DNA of 64,000 nucleotides from an uncultured Pseudomonadota bacterium (lineage in GTDB: Bacteria; Myxococcota_A; Polyangia; Fen-1088): assembly GCA_963725905.1 (NCBI GenBank), contig CAVSAG010000003.1, positions 193,546-257,545 of the forward strand, given 5' to 3'. The notes under the pieces were generated by a model that was given only the letters and a program-made list of their open reading frames with translations, was not told where the DNA came from and searched no databases. Positions 24,927 to 35,904 of this stretch are shown here, piece by piece (the first letter of the stretch is position 1; each line of letters starts with the position of its first letter). A program made the position numbers and the translations under genes.

Positions 24927-27371
24927 CTAGCGCAGCGCTTCCGGTAGCAGTCGCGAGGGGGCGGCGGTGTACGTGACCCAGAGCTGGTGGGCGGCGCGGG
25001 TCATTGCCACGTGCAGGAGGCGGCGCGCGTCGTCGCTGACTGGGTAGGAGGTCTCGTTCACCTCCAGCAGGATCACGATGTCGAACTCGAGCCCCTTGGA
25101 CTGGCGCACGTCCGTCACGTCGATGCCGGCGGTGAAGAGGAAGTCCTGGTCGTCGACCAGACGGAGGTGGGGGACCTCGGCGTTGGCCAGCGCCTCGTAG
25201 TAGAGCCGGGCCTGCTCCGGGTGGCGCGCCAGCAGGGCGACGGAGGCCTCGGGCTCGGCGCGCACCAGCTCCTTGAGCGCGTGCGACAGGAACTCCGCGC
25301 TCTCACCGGCCGAGGCGAAGGCCCACGACTCGACCGGCGCGCCGGCGCGCGGCGCGACCGGGCGGATGTCGCCCATCAGCGGCCCCAGGACGTGCTCGGC
25401 GGAGTCGACGATCTCGCGCGTCGAGCGGTAGCTGACCCGCAGGGGCTCGACCCGCTCGTGCGCGATTTCTAGAAAATCCAGCAACGCGGCCCAGTCAGAG
25501 AAGCCGTGCTCGGGCGCGATCGCCTGCGCGGTGTCGCCGGCCAGTGTGACCGACCGCTGGGCGCTGGTGGTGTCGAGCAGCACCGCCAGCTCGAGCGGCG
25601 AAAAGTCCTGCACCTCGTCGACCATCAGGTGCTCGTAGGCGAGCGTCGTCTTGCTGCCGGCGGCGTCGGGGATGCGACCGCGCTGGCGCTGGTAGATGCG
25701 CAGGAGCAGCGCCTCGTCCTCGGCGTCGAGCGCGTACCGCTCGTCCTCGCCGCCGTCGCTGGCGGCGACGCGCGAGCCCGGGCCGGCGCCACGCAGCCGC
25801 TCGCGTTCCACGCCCCAGCGGTGAAGGTCGTCGAGCTGGCCGGGCGAGAAGACGCCGGGGGCGTGGCGCTCGAACCCGGCGCCGAGCGCCGCGCGATCGG
25901 TCAGCAGGGCGGCCCACTCGGCGGTCACGTCCCGGGTGCGGGCCCGCAGCGCGCGGCCGGCGTTCTCGACGGCGTTGCGCGTGGCGGGATCGAGCGACGC
26001 GGCGTCACGCACCCACTGGGCCAGCGCCGTCACGCGCAGGTCGACGGGGCCGGTCGTGCCGTCCCAGAAGGCGAGCACGGCGGCAGCCTCGGCCTTGTCG
26101 CCCAGCTCGGTGCCGAGGCGCCCGCGGCACCAGTCGGCGAGCGCCGCCTGGCGATCGTCGATGATACGCAGGAACGCGCCGTGCGCCTTGGCCCGCATGA
26201 CGACCGAAGGCGTCTCGTCGGTGATGTCGACGTCGAGCAGCGGGAAGGCGGCGCGGCGGGCCGACTCGGCCCAGGCCGAGAAGGTCTTCACCGGAACGCC
26301 GTCGACGTCCAGCGAGGGGAGCACGCGTGAGACGTAGGCCGCCAGCGCCCGTTGGTAGACGATCACCAGCATCTTCTCGGGGCGGAAGCGGCGCGGGTCG
26401 GCGAAGGCCAGGTAGGCGATGCGGTGCAGGCCGATGGTCGTCTTGCCGCTGCCCGCCGATCCCTGCACGGCGATGAGGCCGGAGGCGGGCTGGGTGATGA
26501 GCTCGAACTGGCGCGGGTCGATGAGCGCGGCGATGGCCGGCAGGTGGCGGTCGGGTCGGCGCGCGCCGTTCTCGTCCAGGCCCAGCTTGCCGCGGGTGGC
26601 GGACGGCGCCGCCGGGGCGGCGGGCAGTGCGGGCGCCGCGGCCGCGCCGGCGGCGGGGATCATCGTGGCGGCCGAGCCGTCGCGCGCGATCTGCAGGCGC
26701 GCCTGGCGGGTGGCGATCTCGCGCCAGGCCCCGGTGCGAATATCGCGCGAGAACGTCCCCTGCGGCGAGGCGACGCGGCGCAGATCGCCGTCGACGATGG
26801 CCACCGTGCGGCGCGCCAGCACCTCCCCCTCGACGAGCCGATCGCCAAGCCGCTCCTCGTAGGCGTCTCCCTCTTCGTAGCGGTAGAAGAGGCGCGACAC
26901 CGGGGCGTTGCGCCAGTCGACGATCTGCACGCCGCCCCCTGGCTCGACGAAGCTGCGCGCCCCGATGAGGACGTCGCGCCTCTTCCCGCTCTCCTCGAGG
27001 CGCAGATGGCCGAAGTACGGCGACTTGCGGTCGACGGGCGGCGTGTCTCCCTTGCCGCGCTGGCGCGACAGCGCCTCGATCCGGTGCATCTGCTCGAGGA
27101 TCGACCCCTGGTCCTCGGGTTTCGCCTCGGCCAGCGCGTCGCGCAGCTCGATGAGCGCGCTGGCGTCGTCGACCTGGATGCGCGTCTTGCGCGGCCCGCC
27201 CGCCTCGAGCTTGCGCAGGACGATGGAGAGGAGCTGCTTCTCCTCGCGGACGATCTCCGGCGCCGCGGCATCGTCATCGACGTTCCGGGATGTCTCCGGC
27301 GTCGTCGTTTGGGGCTCCGGGTCCTGCACGAGGTCGGCCAGCATAGTGGCGCCGCGCGTTTGTGTCACCAC
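24927..27371 (-). CDS. helD: UvrD/Rep superfamily-1 helicase of the HelD / helicase IV type
   Basis: Walker A GSAGSGKTT; DEVQDF; TLAGDTAQAI; VSYRSTREIV; SKGLEFDIVILL; VAMTRA. The N-terminal YFGHLRLEE ... VDWRNAPVSRLFY resembles the HelD N-domain. Confidence 0.88.
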   Translation of the reverse strand: MVTQTRGATMLADLVQDPEPQTTTPETSRNVDDDAAAPEIVREEKQLLSIVLRKLEAGGPRKTRIQVDDASALIELRDALAEAKPEDQGSILEQMHRIEALSRQRGKGDTPPVDRKSPYFGHLRLEESGKRRDVLIGARSFVEPGGGVQIVDWRNAPVSRLFYRYEEGDAYEERLGDRLVEGEVLARRTVAIVDGDLRRVASPQGTFSRDIRTGAWREIATRQARLQIARDGSAATMIPAAGAAAAPALPAAPAAPSATRGKLGLDENGARRPDRHLPAIAALIDPRQFELITQPASGLIAVQGSAGSGKTTIGLHRIAYLAFADPRRFRPEKMLVIVYQRALAAYVSRVLPSLDVDGVPVKTFSAWAESARRAAFPLLDVDITDETPSVVMRAKAHGAFLRIIDDRQAALADWCRGRLGTELGDKAEAAAVLAFWDGTTGPVDLRVTALAQWVRDAASLDPATRNAVENAGRALRARTRDVTAEWAALLTDRAALGAGFERHAPGVFSPGQLDDLHRWGVERERLRGAGPGSRVAASDGGEDERYALDAEDEALLLRIYQRQRGRIPDAAGSKTTLAYEHLMVDEVQDFSPLELAVLLDTTSAQRSVTLAGDTAQAIAPEHGFSDWAALLDFLEIAHERVEPLRVSYRSTREIVDSAEHVLGPLMGDIRPVAPRAGAPVESWAFASAGESAEFLSHALKELVRAEPEASVALLARHPEQARLYYEALANAEVPHLRLVDDQDFLFTAGIDVTDVRQSKGLEFDIVILLEVNETSYPVSDDARRLLHVAMTRAAHQLWVTYTAAPSRLLPEALR

Positions 27372-27397
27372 AAGACGCGCGGGGCCTGGATGGTCAA

Positions 27398-27893
27398 TCA
27401 GACGGGTGGCGAGCTGGTCTTCTCGCGGGCCCGGATGAGGGCAGCCTCTTCCGACATGTTCAGCATCGAGAGCTGCGTCGCCTGGAAGAGCTTGAGACAG
27501 GCGGTGACCAGGCCCCCGGCGCCGACGCAGCCGATGCCCAACGCTAGCGCGCCCAGCGCGTGGAACCCGCCGTGGAGCGCGCTCCCCGCGAGACCCGCGC
27601 CCAGGATCGAGATCAAACTGGCGCTGGCGAAAGAGCCAAGCGCGACGTAGGCGGCGCGCAGGCCCTTGAGGAGAAACAGCGCCTGGCGCTCGGTGCGATC
27701 CGCCTGGCGAAGCAAGAGCGCGCGCGTGTCGGGAGCCAGGCTCCGGTCCTCGGTTCGCGTCGAGAGCGCGCGCATCCGCTCACTCGCGCGAAGAAACCTG
27801 TTGCTGGTGCTGAGCGCCAGCACCGAGGCCGCGTTGGTCAGGACGGCGGGCGCGGCGATCAACGACAGGAGGGCGAACGGGTTCGCGGAGAGA

Positions 27894-27910
<17 letters not shown>
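27398..27910 (-). CDS. DUF2721-like membrane protein
   Basis: 170 aa, with a helical hairpin at each end and a central amphipathic region (NRFLRASERMRAL ...), as in DUF2721. Confidence 0.65.
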
Positions 27911-29270
<1,360 letters not shown>

Positions 29271-29323
29271 CTTCGCCGGCGACGTCGGTTCGGCGGCCGT
29301 GCGTGGTCGACGGAGCTGGACGA

Positions 29324-29400
29324 GATCGTCGCGTGGACGCAGCTCGGCTTCGCCGAGCGGAGTCCGTCGCGGGAGGGTGCGGGAACCCCCCGGGGGTTCC
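29324..29400 (+). repeat. Conserved two-hairpin intergenic element, copy a
   Basis: About 80% identical over about 75 nt to 46504-46577. P1 is GCTCGGC-TTC-GCCGAGC; the linker is GGAGTCCGTCGCGGGAGGGTGC; P2 is GGAACCCC ... GGGGTTCC. Confidence 0.7.
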
Positions 29401-29437
29401 TGCGTTTGGTCGCTCACGATGGATGTATAACCCGCAC

Positions 29438-30217
29438 ATGCGCTGGAAGGGAGCCGCAGCCGCGGTACTGGTCCTGTCGGCCTCTGCGGGCGCCGCGCGC
29501 GCCGACGCCCCCTGGGTCTATCGCAGCATCGTCCTGCCGCGCGGGGAGGTGGCGGTCGATCTCGGGCTGGGCCTCGGGCATGCGCCCGATCCGAACGGTG
29601 GGTCGTTCACCGGCCTGGGAATGAACCTGGAGCTCTCGGGTGGGATCACACACGAGCTGGAGATTGGCGTGCGGACCGGCTTCCGCTTCGGCGACGACGG
29701 GCGGGTCACACAGGCCGACAGCTACGGGCGCCCGTTCGAGACCGAGACCTACGGCGTCGACGGCGACACGGTCGCCAACCCGGAGCTCCACCTGCGCTGG
29801 GCCGTGGCGCGCGGCTCGGCCGCCGAGCTGGGGCTCGAGTGGCGCGCCTACCTGCCGATCGAGGCCAATTCCTCGTTCGGAATGATGTTCGCCCTCCCGA
29901 TCACCCTGCGCACCGGATCGCTCCGCCTCGACACCGGGCTCTACGTGCCGATCATCTTCGCCAACCCGACCCAGACGGTGGTGAGCCTGCCCTTTCACCT
30001 GTGGATCCAGGCGACGCGCACGCTCTGGCTGGGTCCCCTGTTCGGCCTCCGCGTCTACCACCCGGGCGGCGACGCCTACCCGCTCGGCTTCGGCCTCGGC
30101 ACCGCGCTCACGCACCTCGTCGACCTGCGGACCTGGATCCTCTTCCCCGACATCAGCAAGAATGAGGCGGCCCGCACCTTCGGCGCCGGCGTCGCGCTGC
30201 AGCTCCGGTTCGGTTAG
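29438..30217 (+). CDS. Secreted beta-rich protein, probable small outer-membrane barrel
   Basis: Signal peptide MRWKGAAAAVLVLSASAGAARA, alternating-pattern strands, and a C-terminus of ALQLRFG. Alternative start at 29423. Confidence 0.7.
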   Translation: MRWKGAAAAVLVLSASAGAARADAPWVYRSIVLPRGEVAVDLGLGLGHAPDPNGGSFTGLGMNLELSGGITHELEIGVRTGFRFGDDGRVTQADSYGRPFETETYGVDGDTVANPELHLRWAVARGSAAELGLEWRAYLPIEANSSFGMMFALPITLRTGSLRLDTGLYVPIIFANPTQTVVSLPFHLWIQATRTLWLGPLFGLRVYHPGGDAYPLGFGLGTALTHLVDLRTWILFPDISKNEAARTFGAGVALQLRFG

Positions 30218-30225
30218 TCGGCCAT

Positions 30226-30255
30226 CTACCGCTACCGCTGCCGCTGCCGCTACCG
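30226..30255. repeat. Hexanucleotide microsatellite (CTRCCG)x5 spanning the glgB stop codon
   Basis: CTACCG CTACCG CTGCCG CTGCCG CTACCG, in the 32-nt spacer between convergent genes. Confidence 0.7.
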
Positions 30256-32160
30256 GTCCGCCGCCGCGGGCACCAGATAGAGCGCCGCCAGTGGCGGGAG
30301 CGTGAGGCGCAGCGAAACCGGGCGCGCGTGAAAGGCGTGCTCCTCGGCCATCACGGTGCCGAGGTTCCCCATCCCGCTGCCGCCGAAGGCCGCGGCGTCG
30401 GTGTTCAGGATCTCGCGCCAGAGGCCGCCGCGGGGAACACCGATGCGGTAGTCGTGCCGCGGCACCGGCGTGCAGTTGAGGACCACCAGGACGATCTCTT
30501 CCGGTCGCGTCTGGTCTCCCTTGCGTAGAAATGTATAGACGCTGTTGTCGTCGTCGTTGGCGTCGACCCACTCGAATCCGTTCAGGCCGGCGTCGTGGAC
30601 GTGCAGCGCCGGGACGCTCTTGTAGAGGCGGTTGAGCTCCATGATCAGCGACATGAGCTGGACGTGCAGCTCCGAGTCGCCGAGCAGGTGCCAGTCGACG
30701 CTGCGATCGTGCGCCCACTCGTCGAACTGGCCGATCTCGCCGCCCTGAAACAGGAGCTTCTTTCCCGGCTGCGCCCACATCGAGGCGTAGAGCAGGCGCA
30801 GGTTGGCGAACCGCTGCCACAGATCGCCGTGCATCTTCTGCAACAGCGATCGCTTGCCGTGCACCACCTCGTCGTGCGACAGCGGCAGGACGTAGTTCTC
30901 GCTCCAGAAGTACATGCTCCGGAACGTCAGCTGGTGGTGGTGGTAGCGGCGGCCGATCGGATCGGTCGAAAAATAGGCGAGCGCGTCGTGCATCCACCCC
31001 ATGTCCCACTTGAGCCCGAACCCGAGGCCCCCGGTGTAGGTCGGGCGCGAGACGCCCGGCCAGGAGGTCGACTCCTCGGCGATCGTCTGAACGTCGGGGT
31101 GCTCGCGGTAGACGCCGGTGTTGAACGTGCGCAAAAGATCGATCGCTTCCAGGTTCTCGTTGCCGCCGTGCTCGTTGGGGATCCACTCGCCGCCGCGCCG
31201 GGCGTAGTCGAGGTAGAGCATCGAGGCGACCGCGTCGACCCGCAGCCCGTCGATGTGATAGCGGTCGAGCCAGAAGTTGGCGTTCGAGATGAGGAAGCTG
31301 CGCACCTCGTTGCGCCCGTAGTTGAAGATCGCGCTCCCCCACTCGGCGTGCATTCCCTTGCGTGGGTCGGCGTGCTCGTAGAGGTGCGTGCCGTCGAAAT
31401 AGATGAGGCCGTGCTCGTCGGTCGGGAAGTGCGCCGGCGTCCAGTCGAGGATGACGCCGATCCCCTCGCGGTGGAGGAGGTCGACGAAGTACATGAAGTC
31501 CTGCGGCGTGCCGTAGCGCGCGGTCGGGGCGAAGAAACCGGTCACCTGGTAACCCCACGACGGGTAAAACGGGTGCTCGGCGATCGGCATGAGCTCGACG
31601 TGGGTGAAGCCGCAGCGCCGCACGTGCGCCGCCAGCTTGGGCGCGATCTCGCGGTAGGAGAGCCAGCGGTTTTGCTCCTCTGGCACGCGCATCCACGACC
31701 CCAGGTGGACCTCGTAGATCGACGCCGGCGCGTCGAGCGCGTTCCGGGCGTGGCGCACGTGCATCCAGTCGGCGTCACCCCAGTCGTAGCCGAGGTCCCA
31801 GACGATCGACGCCGTCGCCGGGGGGAGCTCGGTGCGGAGCGCGTAGGGGTCGGCCTTGTCGACGCGGTAGCCGCCGTGGCGCGATTCGATGCGGTACTTG
31901 TAGGAGGTCCCCTTCGCCAGTCCGGCGATGAACCCCTCCCAGATTCCCGAGCCCTCGCGCATCACCAGCGGCACCGGCGCCGTCCCCCACCCCTCGAAGT
32001 CGCCGATCACCGCGACCCGCGCGGCGTTCGGCGCCCAGACGGCGAACGCCACGCCGGGACGCCCGCCACGGGTGGTCGGGTGCGCGCCCAGGTGCTCGTA
32101 GATCCGGGCGTGCGTCCCCTCGGCGTAAAGGTGCAGATCGACGTCGCCGAGATCGCCCAT
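30250..32160 (-). CDS. glgB: 1,4-alpha-glucan branching enzyme
   Basis: VAFAVWAPNA ... GH13 blocks GVILDWTPAHF, GLRVDAVASMLY, IAEESTSWP, LSHDEVVHGK. Confidence 0.95.
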   Translation of the reverse strand: MGDLGDVDLHLYAEGTHARIYEHLGAHPTTRGGRPGVAFAVWAPNAARVAVIGDFEGWGTAPVPLVMREGSGIWEGFIAGLAKGTSYKYRIESRHGGYRVDKADPYALRTELPPATASIVWDLGYDWGDADWMHVRHARNALDAPASIYEVHLGSWMRVPEEQNRWLSYREIAPKLAAHVRRCGFTHVELMPIAEHPFYPSWGYQVTGFFAPTARYGTPQDFMYFVDLLHREGIGVILDWTPAHFPTDEHGLIYFDGTHLYEHADPRKGMHAEWGSAIFNYGRNEVRSFLISNANFWLDRYHIDGLRVDAVASMLYLDYARRGGEWIPNEHGGNENLEAIDLLRTFNTGVYREHPDVQTIAEESTSWPGVSRPTYTGGLGFGLKWDMGWMHDALAYFSTDPIGRRYHHHQLTFRSMYFWSENYVLPLSHDEVVHGKRSLLQKMHGDLWQRFANLRLLYASMWAQPGKKLLFQGGEIGQFDEWAHDRSVDWHLLGDSELHVQLMSLIMELNRLYKSVPALHVHDAGLNGFEWVDANDDDNSVYTFLRKGDQTRPEEIVLVVLNCTPVPRHDYRIGVPRGGLWREILNTDAAAFGGSGMGNLGTVMAEEHAFHARPVSLRLTLPPLAALYLVPAAADR

Positions 32161-32250
32161 GGAGCAGGATGGTAACCGCGAATCGCGATCGCGTCGCGGC
32201 AGCCAACTGCTTTGACTCCGACCGCGTGCTGGCCTTACTGTTAATTGCCT

Positions 32251-32964
32251 ATGAAAGTTTCAGTGAAACGGGGGGGGGCGCTGCTGGGCGCCGTTCTCGT
32301 CACGATCCTGGCGCTGGCGGGCGCGGCGCAGGCCGCGGGTCCGAAGGAAGAGAAGAAGGCGATCCAGTCGTTCGCGGCGGGACGCTACGACGAGGCGCTG
32401 GAGATCTACGCCAAGCTCTACGCCGACACGCTCAATCCCGTTTATCTCCGCAACATCGGGCGCTGCCATCAGAAGCTCAAGCAGCCCGACAAGGCGATCG
32501 AATCGTTCCGCGACTACCTCGACAAGGGAAAGAACATCTCCGCCGACGAGAAGGCGCAGGTGAACGGGTACATCAAGGACATGGAGGCGCTGCGCGACGA
32601 GCAAGCGGGCCGGCCACAGGCGCCGCCTCCGGGGCCGGGGCCCGCGCCCGTCCAGCCGATTCCCGCCGCGCCGCCGCCCGCCGCGCCGGGCCCATCGGGG
32701 CCGCCGCCCGGCTACACCGCGCAGCCGCCCGCTCCCTATCCAGCGCCTCCGCCGGCCTATCCGCCGGGCCCGGACCAGCCACCGAGTGGGACGCTCGTCT
32801 CCCAGCCGCAGCAGCCGCCGGCGTCCGAGCCGGTCTACACGAAGTGGTGGTTCTGGACCATCATCGGCGCCGTCGTTGTGGGCGGCGTCGTGACGGCAGT
32901 TGCCCTCAGCGGTGGGACGACCAAGCCCTCCTGCCCAGCCGACGCCGTGGCCTGTGGCCCGTAG
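32251..32964 (+). CDS. TPR-like, Pro-rich, C-terminally TM-anchored protein
   Basis: Signal peptide, a TPR-like helical pair (GRYDEALEIYAKLY ... NIGRCHQKLKQPDKAIESFRDYL), a Pro-rich spacer and TM segment WWFWTIIGAVVVGGVVTAVAL. Confidence 0.8.
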   Translation: MKVSVKRGGALLGAVLVTILALAGAAQAAGPKEEKKAIQSFAAGRYDEALEIYAKLYADTLNPVYLRNIGRCHQKLKQPDKAIESFRDYLDKGKNISADEKAQVNGYIKDMEALRDEQAGRPQAPPPGPGPAPVQPIPAAPPPAAPGPSGPPPGYTAQPPAPYPAPPPAYPPGPDQPPSGTLVSQPQQPPASEPVYTKWWFWTIIGAVVVGGVVTAVALSGGTTKPSCPADAVACGP

Positions 32965-32974
32965 CGCAAAACAG

Positions 32975-34456
32975 ATGCGGTCGCACGGGGCGCTCGTCGG
33001 CATCTTGCTGCTGGCGGCGACCGTCTCGTTCGGCGGCTGCGGCGAGAAGGATTCGCTCGTCGTCGTCACCGTCGCCACCGCGGACACCAACGTGACGGGT
33101 CTGCACACGCTGGTGATCACGGCGGGCAAGACGACCCACTCGTTTCACATCACGAACGACCTCACGGACGGCACCACCACCGTCGGTCTCTACGTCCCCT
33201 CCGGTCTCACCGGGTCGGTCACGGTGACCGCCGAAGCGGTCCCCCAAAACGGCCAGTGCGGTCCCGGCTACAGCGGCAGCACGACCGTCTTCATCCCGGC
33301 CGCCGGAGCGACCGTCGAGACCCAGATCACCATGGACGACGACCCGAACGCTTGTCCCCCGACCGGCGGGAAGGGCGGGACGACCGGGACCGGTGGGACC
33401 GGCGGCAAAGGCGGGGCACTCGGGACCGGGGGTACGGGCGGTTCGAGCGGAGGGAGCACCGGCGGGGCACCGGACTTCACCCGCTGCACGGAGATCGATC
33501 ACGGCGACAGCGGGAGCTGCGCCAGCTGCGCGGTGGACGTGAGCGTCTACGGGGTGGCGTTCTCGCCGGATGGGGCGACCGTGGTGACGGGCGGGACCGA
33601 CGGGCGCGTCAAGATTTGGGCCAACGCCAACGGCACATTGACCGCCCAGGGGACCCCCATGGCGGGAAGCGGGCTCGGGTGCGTCGCGTTCTCGCCAGAC
33701 GGCTCACTTCTGGCGATCGGGCGCATCGGCGGCGTCGACATCGTGAGCACCTCCACCTGGACGGTCTTGCGCACGCTTCAGACCGCGACCGCCCAAGAGG
33801 CGTATGCCGTGGGTTTTTCGCCGGACGGCACGAACGTCTTTACCCTCACGGAGCCGAGCGGGGGCGCGATCACCGGCGTGCTCTTCGCCCACGCCGTCGG
33901 GAACACACAGGCCCTCACGATGCAGAGTGTGACTGTCCCCTGGGGGATGACGGTCGCGCCGAACATCGTGGCCGGCGCGGTCCCGGTCGCCGTCACCGAC
34001 ACCAATGGGAACGCCTCGATCTACAGCTGGTCGGCGTCCGCGAGCTCGTTCGGGACGCCGGTCGTATTGAAGGTGACCAGCGACGGGTCGGTCGCGGAGG
34101 GGGCGGCGTTCTCGCCGCAGTCGATCGTGTTCGCCGCTGGTGGCGACGACGGGCTCCTTTCGCTCTGGAACTACCCGGCTGCCGGGGGGGCCCTCCCCGA
34201 TGGGCAGATCACCATCGTCGGTCAAACCTTTTCCGACTATATCGGGGCTGTCGCGTTCAGCCCCAACTACGGATTCCTCGCCGTGGGTGGGAGCTTCGAC
34301 GGCAGTCTGACCGGATACACCCTGACCGACGGCTCGCAGGTCGGCTACGAGTACGACACGCTCTACGACATCCTCTCGCTGGCCTACTCGCCCACCTCCA
34401 ACGCCATCGTGGGCGGCGAGGCCGACTGCGGCTGCGTCGTCGTCTGCCCCCAATAA
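32975..34456 (+). CDS. Lipoprotein with an Ig-like N-domain and a WD40/beta-propeller
   Basis: Lipobox VSFGGC. Repeats VAFSPDGATVVTGGTDGRVKIW, VAFSPDGSLLAIG, VGFSPDGTNVFT, AAFSPQSIVFAAGGDDGLLSLW, VAFSPNYGFLAVGG. Confidence 0.85.
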   Translation: MRSHGALVGILLLAATVSFGGCGEKDSLVVVTVATADTNVTGLHTLVITAGKTTHSFHITNDLTDGTTTVGLYVPSGLTGSVTVTAEAVPQNGQCGPGYSGSTTVFIPAAGATVETQITMDDDPNACPPTGGKGGTTGTGGTGGKGGALGTGGTGGSSGGSTGGAPDFTRCTEIDHGDSGSCASCAVDVSVYGVAFSPDGATVVTGGTDGRVKIWANANGTLTAQGTPMAGSGLGCVAFSPDGSLLAIGRIGGVDIVSTSTWTVLRTLQTATAQEAYAVGFSPDGTNVFTLTEPSGGAITGVLFAHAVGNTQALTMQSVTVPWGMTVAPNIVAGAVPVAVTDTNGNASIYSWSASASSFGTPVVLKVTSDGSVAEGAAFSPQSIVFAAGGDDGLLSLWNYPAAGGALPDGQITIVGQTFSDYIGAVAFSPNYGFLAVGGSFDGSLTGYTLTDGSQVGYEYDTLYDILSLAYSPTSNAIVGGEADCGCVVVCPQ

Positions 34457-34521
34457 ATCAGGATTTGCCTGGAGGTCGTTTGCCGCACCCGGGCGGCCCG
34501 ATCGGGCCTATATTCTAGCGC

Positions 34522-35784
34522 TTGAGGCAGTCCCCCCCTCATAGCCGGCTCCTGCGCGGCGCCGTGGTCCTCGGCGGAAGCCTGTTCTGTCTGGGCGCTG
34601 GTCCGGCGCTCGCCGCCCGTCCGTGGCCCGCGCGCGCACCAACCGTCGAGCCCAAGCCGGCGCACCAGCTGCGCGACCCCGCGACCTGGCCGGCAGAGCC
34701 CCAGGTGCCGGCGCCGCTCGACGCCGCGCGCTTCCAGGCGGCGTATGCGCACCTTTGCGGCGTGCCCGCCACCTCGCCCCGGGCGGCGGTGGCGGTCCAG
34801 ATCCTGACCGCGGCCGACGCGGCCAAGAGTGATCCCTTCACGCTGGCGGCGCTCGGCTATTTCGGCAGCCATTGCGACCCCGGGTTTCACAAGGAAGGCC
34901 TCTATGGCCTGCTGGCGATCGATCCGTCGATGTACCGCGTGCCTGGCGCGCCGGATCTGCCGGTCGATCGCGGCGATCTGACATCGCGGCGGCTGCTCGA
35001 TCCGGCGAACAACCTGGCGGTGGGCGCAGCGTTGCTCGAGATGTGGAATGCCCGCCACAAGGAGCTCGACGAGGCGTTCGGCGGCAGCCCGCACCGCGGC
35101 GGCGTCGCGCACTTCATCTGGGGTGACGAGGTGAAGTCGAGCGGCCACGAGGATCTGGTCCTCACCGCGCGGCGGCGGATGGTGGCCGCCTATCTCGAGA
35201 CGCCGAACGCGACCCGCGAGGCGCCGATCGGAATCACCGTCGTCTCGCCGCTGGAGGGGATCCCGCGGGTGGCGACCAGCGGCCCGGGCGACGAGCGCGA
35301 CAACGGCGCGCGCCGGCACCGCGGCCTCGACATCACCGGGACGATCGGCGAGCCCGTGCGCTCCATCGCCGACGGCACCATCATCTTCGCCGGCGTGAAC
35401 CTTGGTCATGGCCGCCCGCGCAAGGGGCCGATCCCGCCCGAGAAGATCGCCCGCTACGCGACGCGGAATCTGGGCGTCGGCGGCATCTACCTCTGCATCG
35501 AGCACAGGCCGGAGCCGAAGCGGATCGTCTCCTGCTACATGCACCTCTCCTCGTACATCGTGTCCGAGCGGCAGGAGGTCAAGGCGGGGGAGACGATCGG
35601 CTACGTCGGTCGGACCGGCGTCAAGGTGTCGCCGCCGCACCTGCACCTCGAGGTGCGCGTCGACGATCGCTTCACCAACCCGGTCAAGACGCTGGGCGAC
35701 TTCGTGATCCCGCCGCAGGCGACGATGACCCACCAGTACGTCCTCAAGGCGGCGCGTGCGAAGCGGCGCCATCTGCGCGTCTAG
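34522..35784 (+). CDS. M23 family metallopeptidase with an N-terminal transglycosylase-like region
   Basis: HRGLDITG (HxxxD) and PHLHLEV (HxH), with GYVGRTG between them. Confidence 0.9.
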   Translation: MRQSPPHSRLLRGAVVLGGSLFCLGAGPALAARPWPARAPTVEPKPAHQLRDPATWPAEPQVPAPLDAARFQAAYAHLCGVPATSPRAAVAVQILTAADAAKSDPFTLAALGYFGSHCDPGFHKEGLYGLLAIDPSMYRVPGAPDLPVDRGDLTSRRLLDPANNLAVGAALLEMWNARHKELDEAFGGSPHRGGVAHFIWGDEVKSSGHEDLVLTARRRMVAAYLETPNATREAPIGITVVSPLEGIPRVATSGPGDERDNGARRHRGLDITGTIGEPVRSIADGTIIFAGVNLGHGRPRKGPIPPEKIARYATRNLGVGGIYLCIEHRPEPKRIVSCYMHLSSYIVSERQEVKAGETIGYVGRTGVKVSPPHLHLEVRVDDRFTNPVKTLGDFVIPPQATMTHQYVLKAARAKRRHLRV

Positions 35785-35864
35785 GGCTTTGCATCGAAAC
35801 GCGTCGAGGGAGCGCGAGCTCTAATCCACCCCGCGCGCGAAGACCCCGGGCTCGCTCGAGCTCA

Positions 35865-35897
35865 TCGCGGGAGGTGTGGAACCCTGTTAGGGTTCCA
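35865..35897 (+). repeat. Core copy b of the conserved element (TCGCGGGAG plus the P2 hairpin)
   Basis: TCGCGGGAGGTGT followed by TGGAACCC-TGTTA-GGGTTCCA. It ends 7 nt before the maeB ATG. Confidence 0.6.
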
Positions 35898-35904
35898 CGG
35901 AAGA

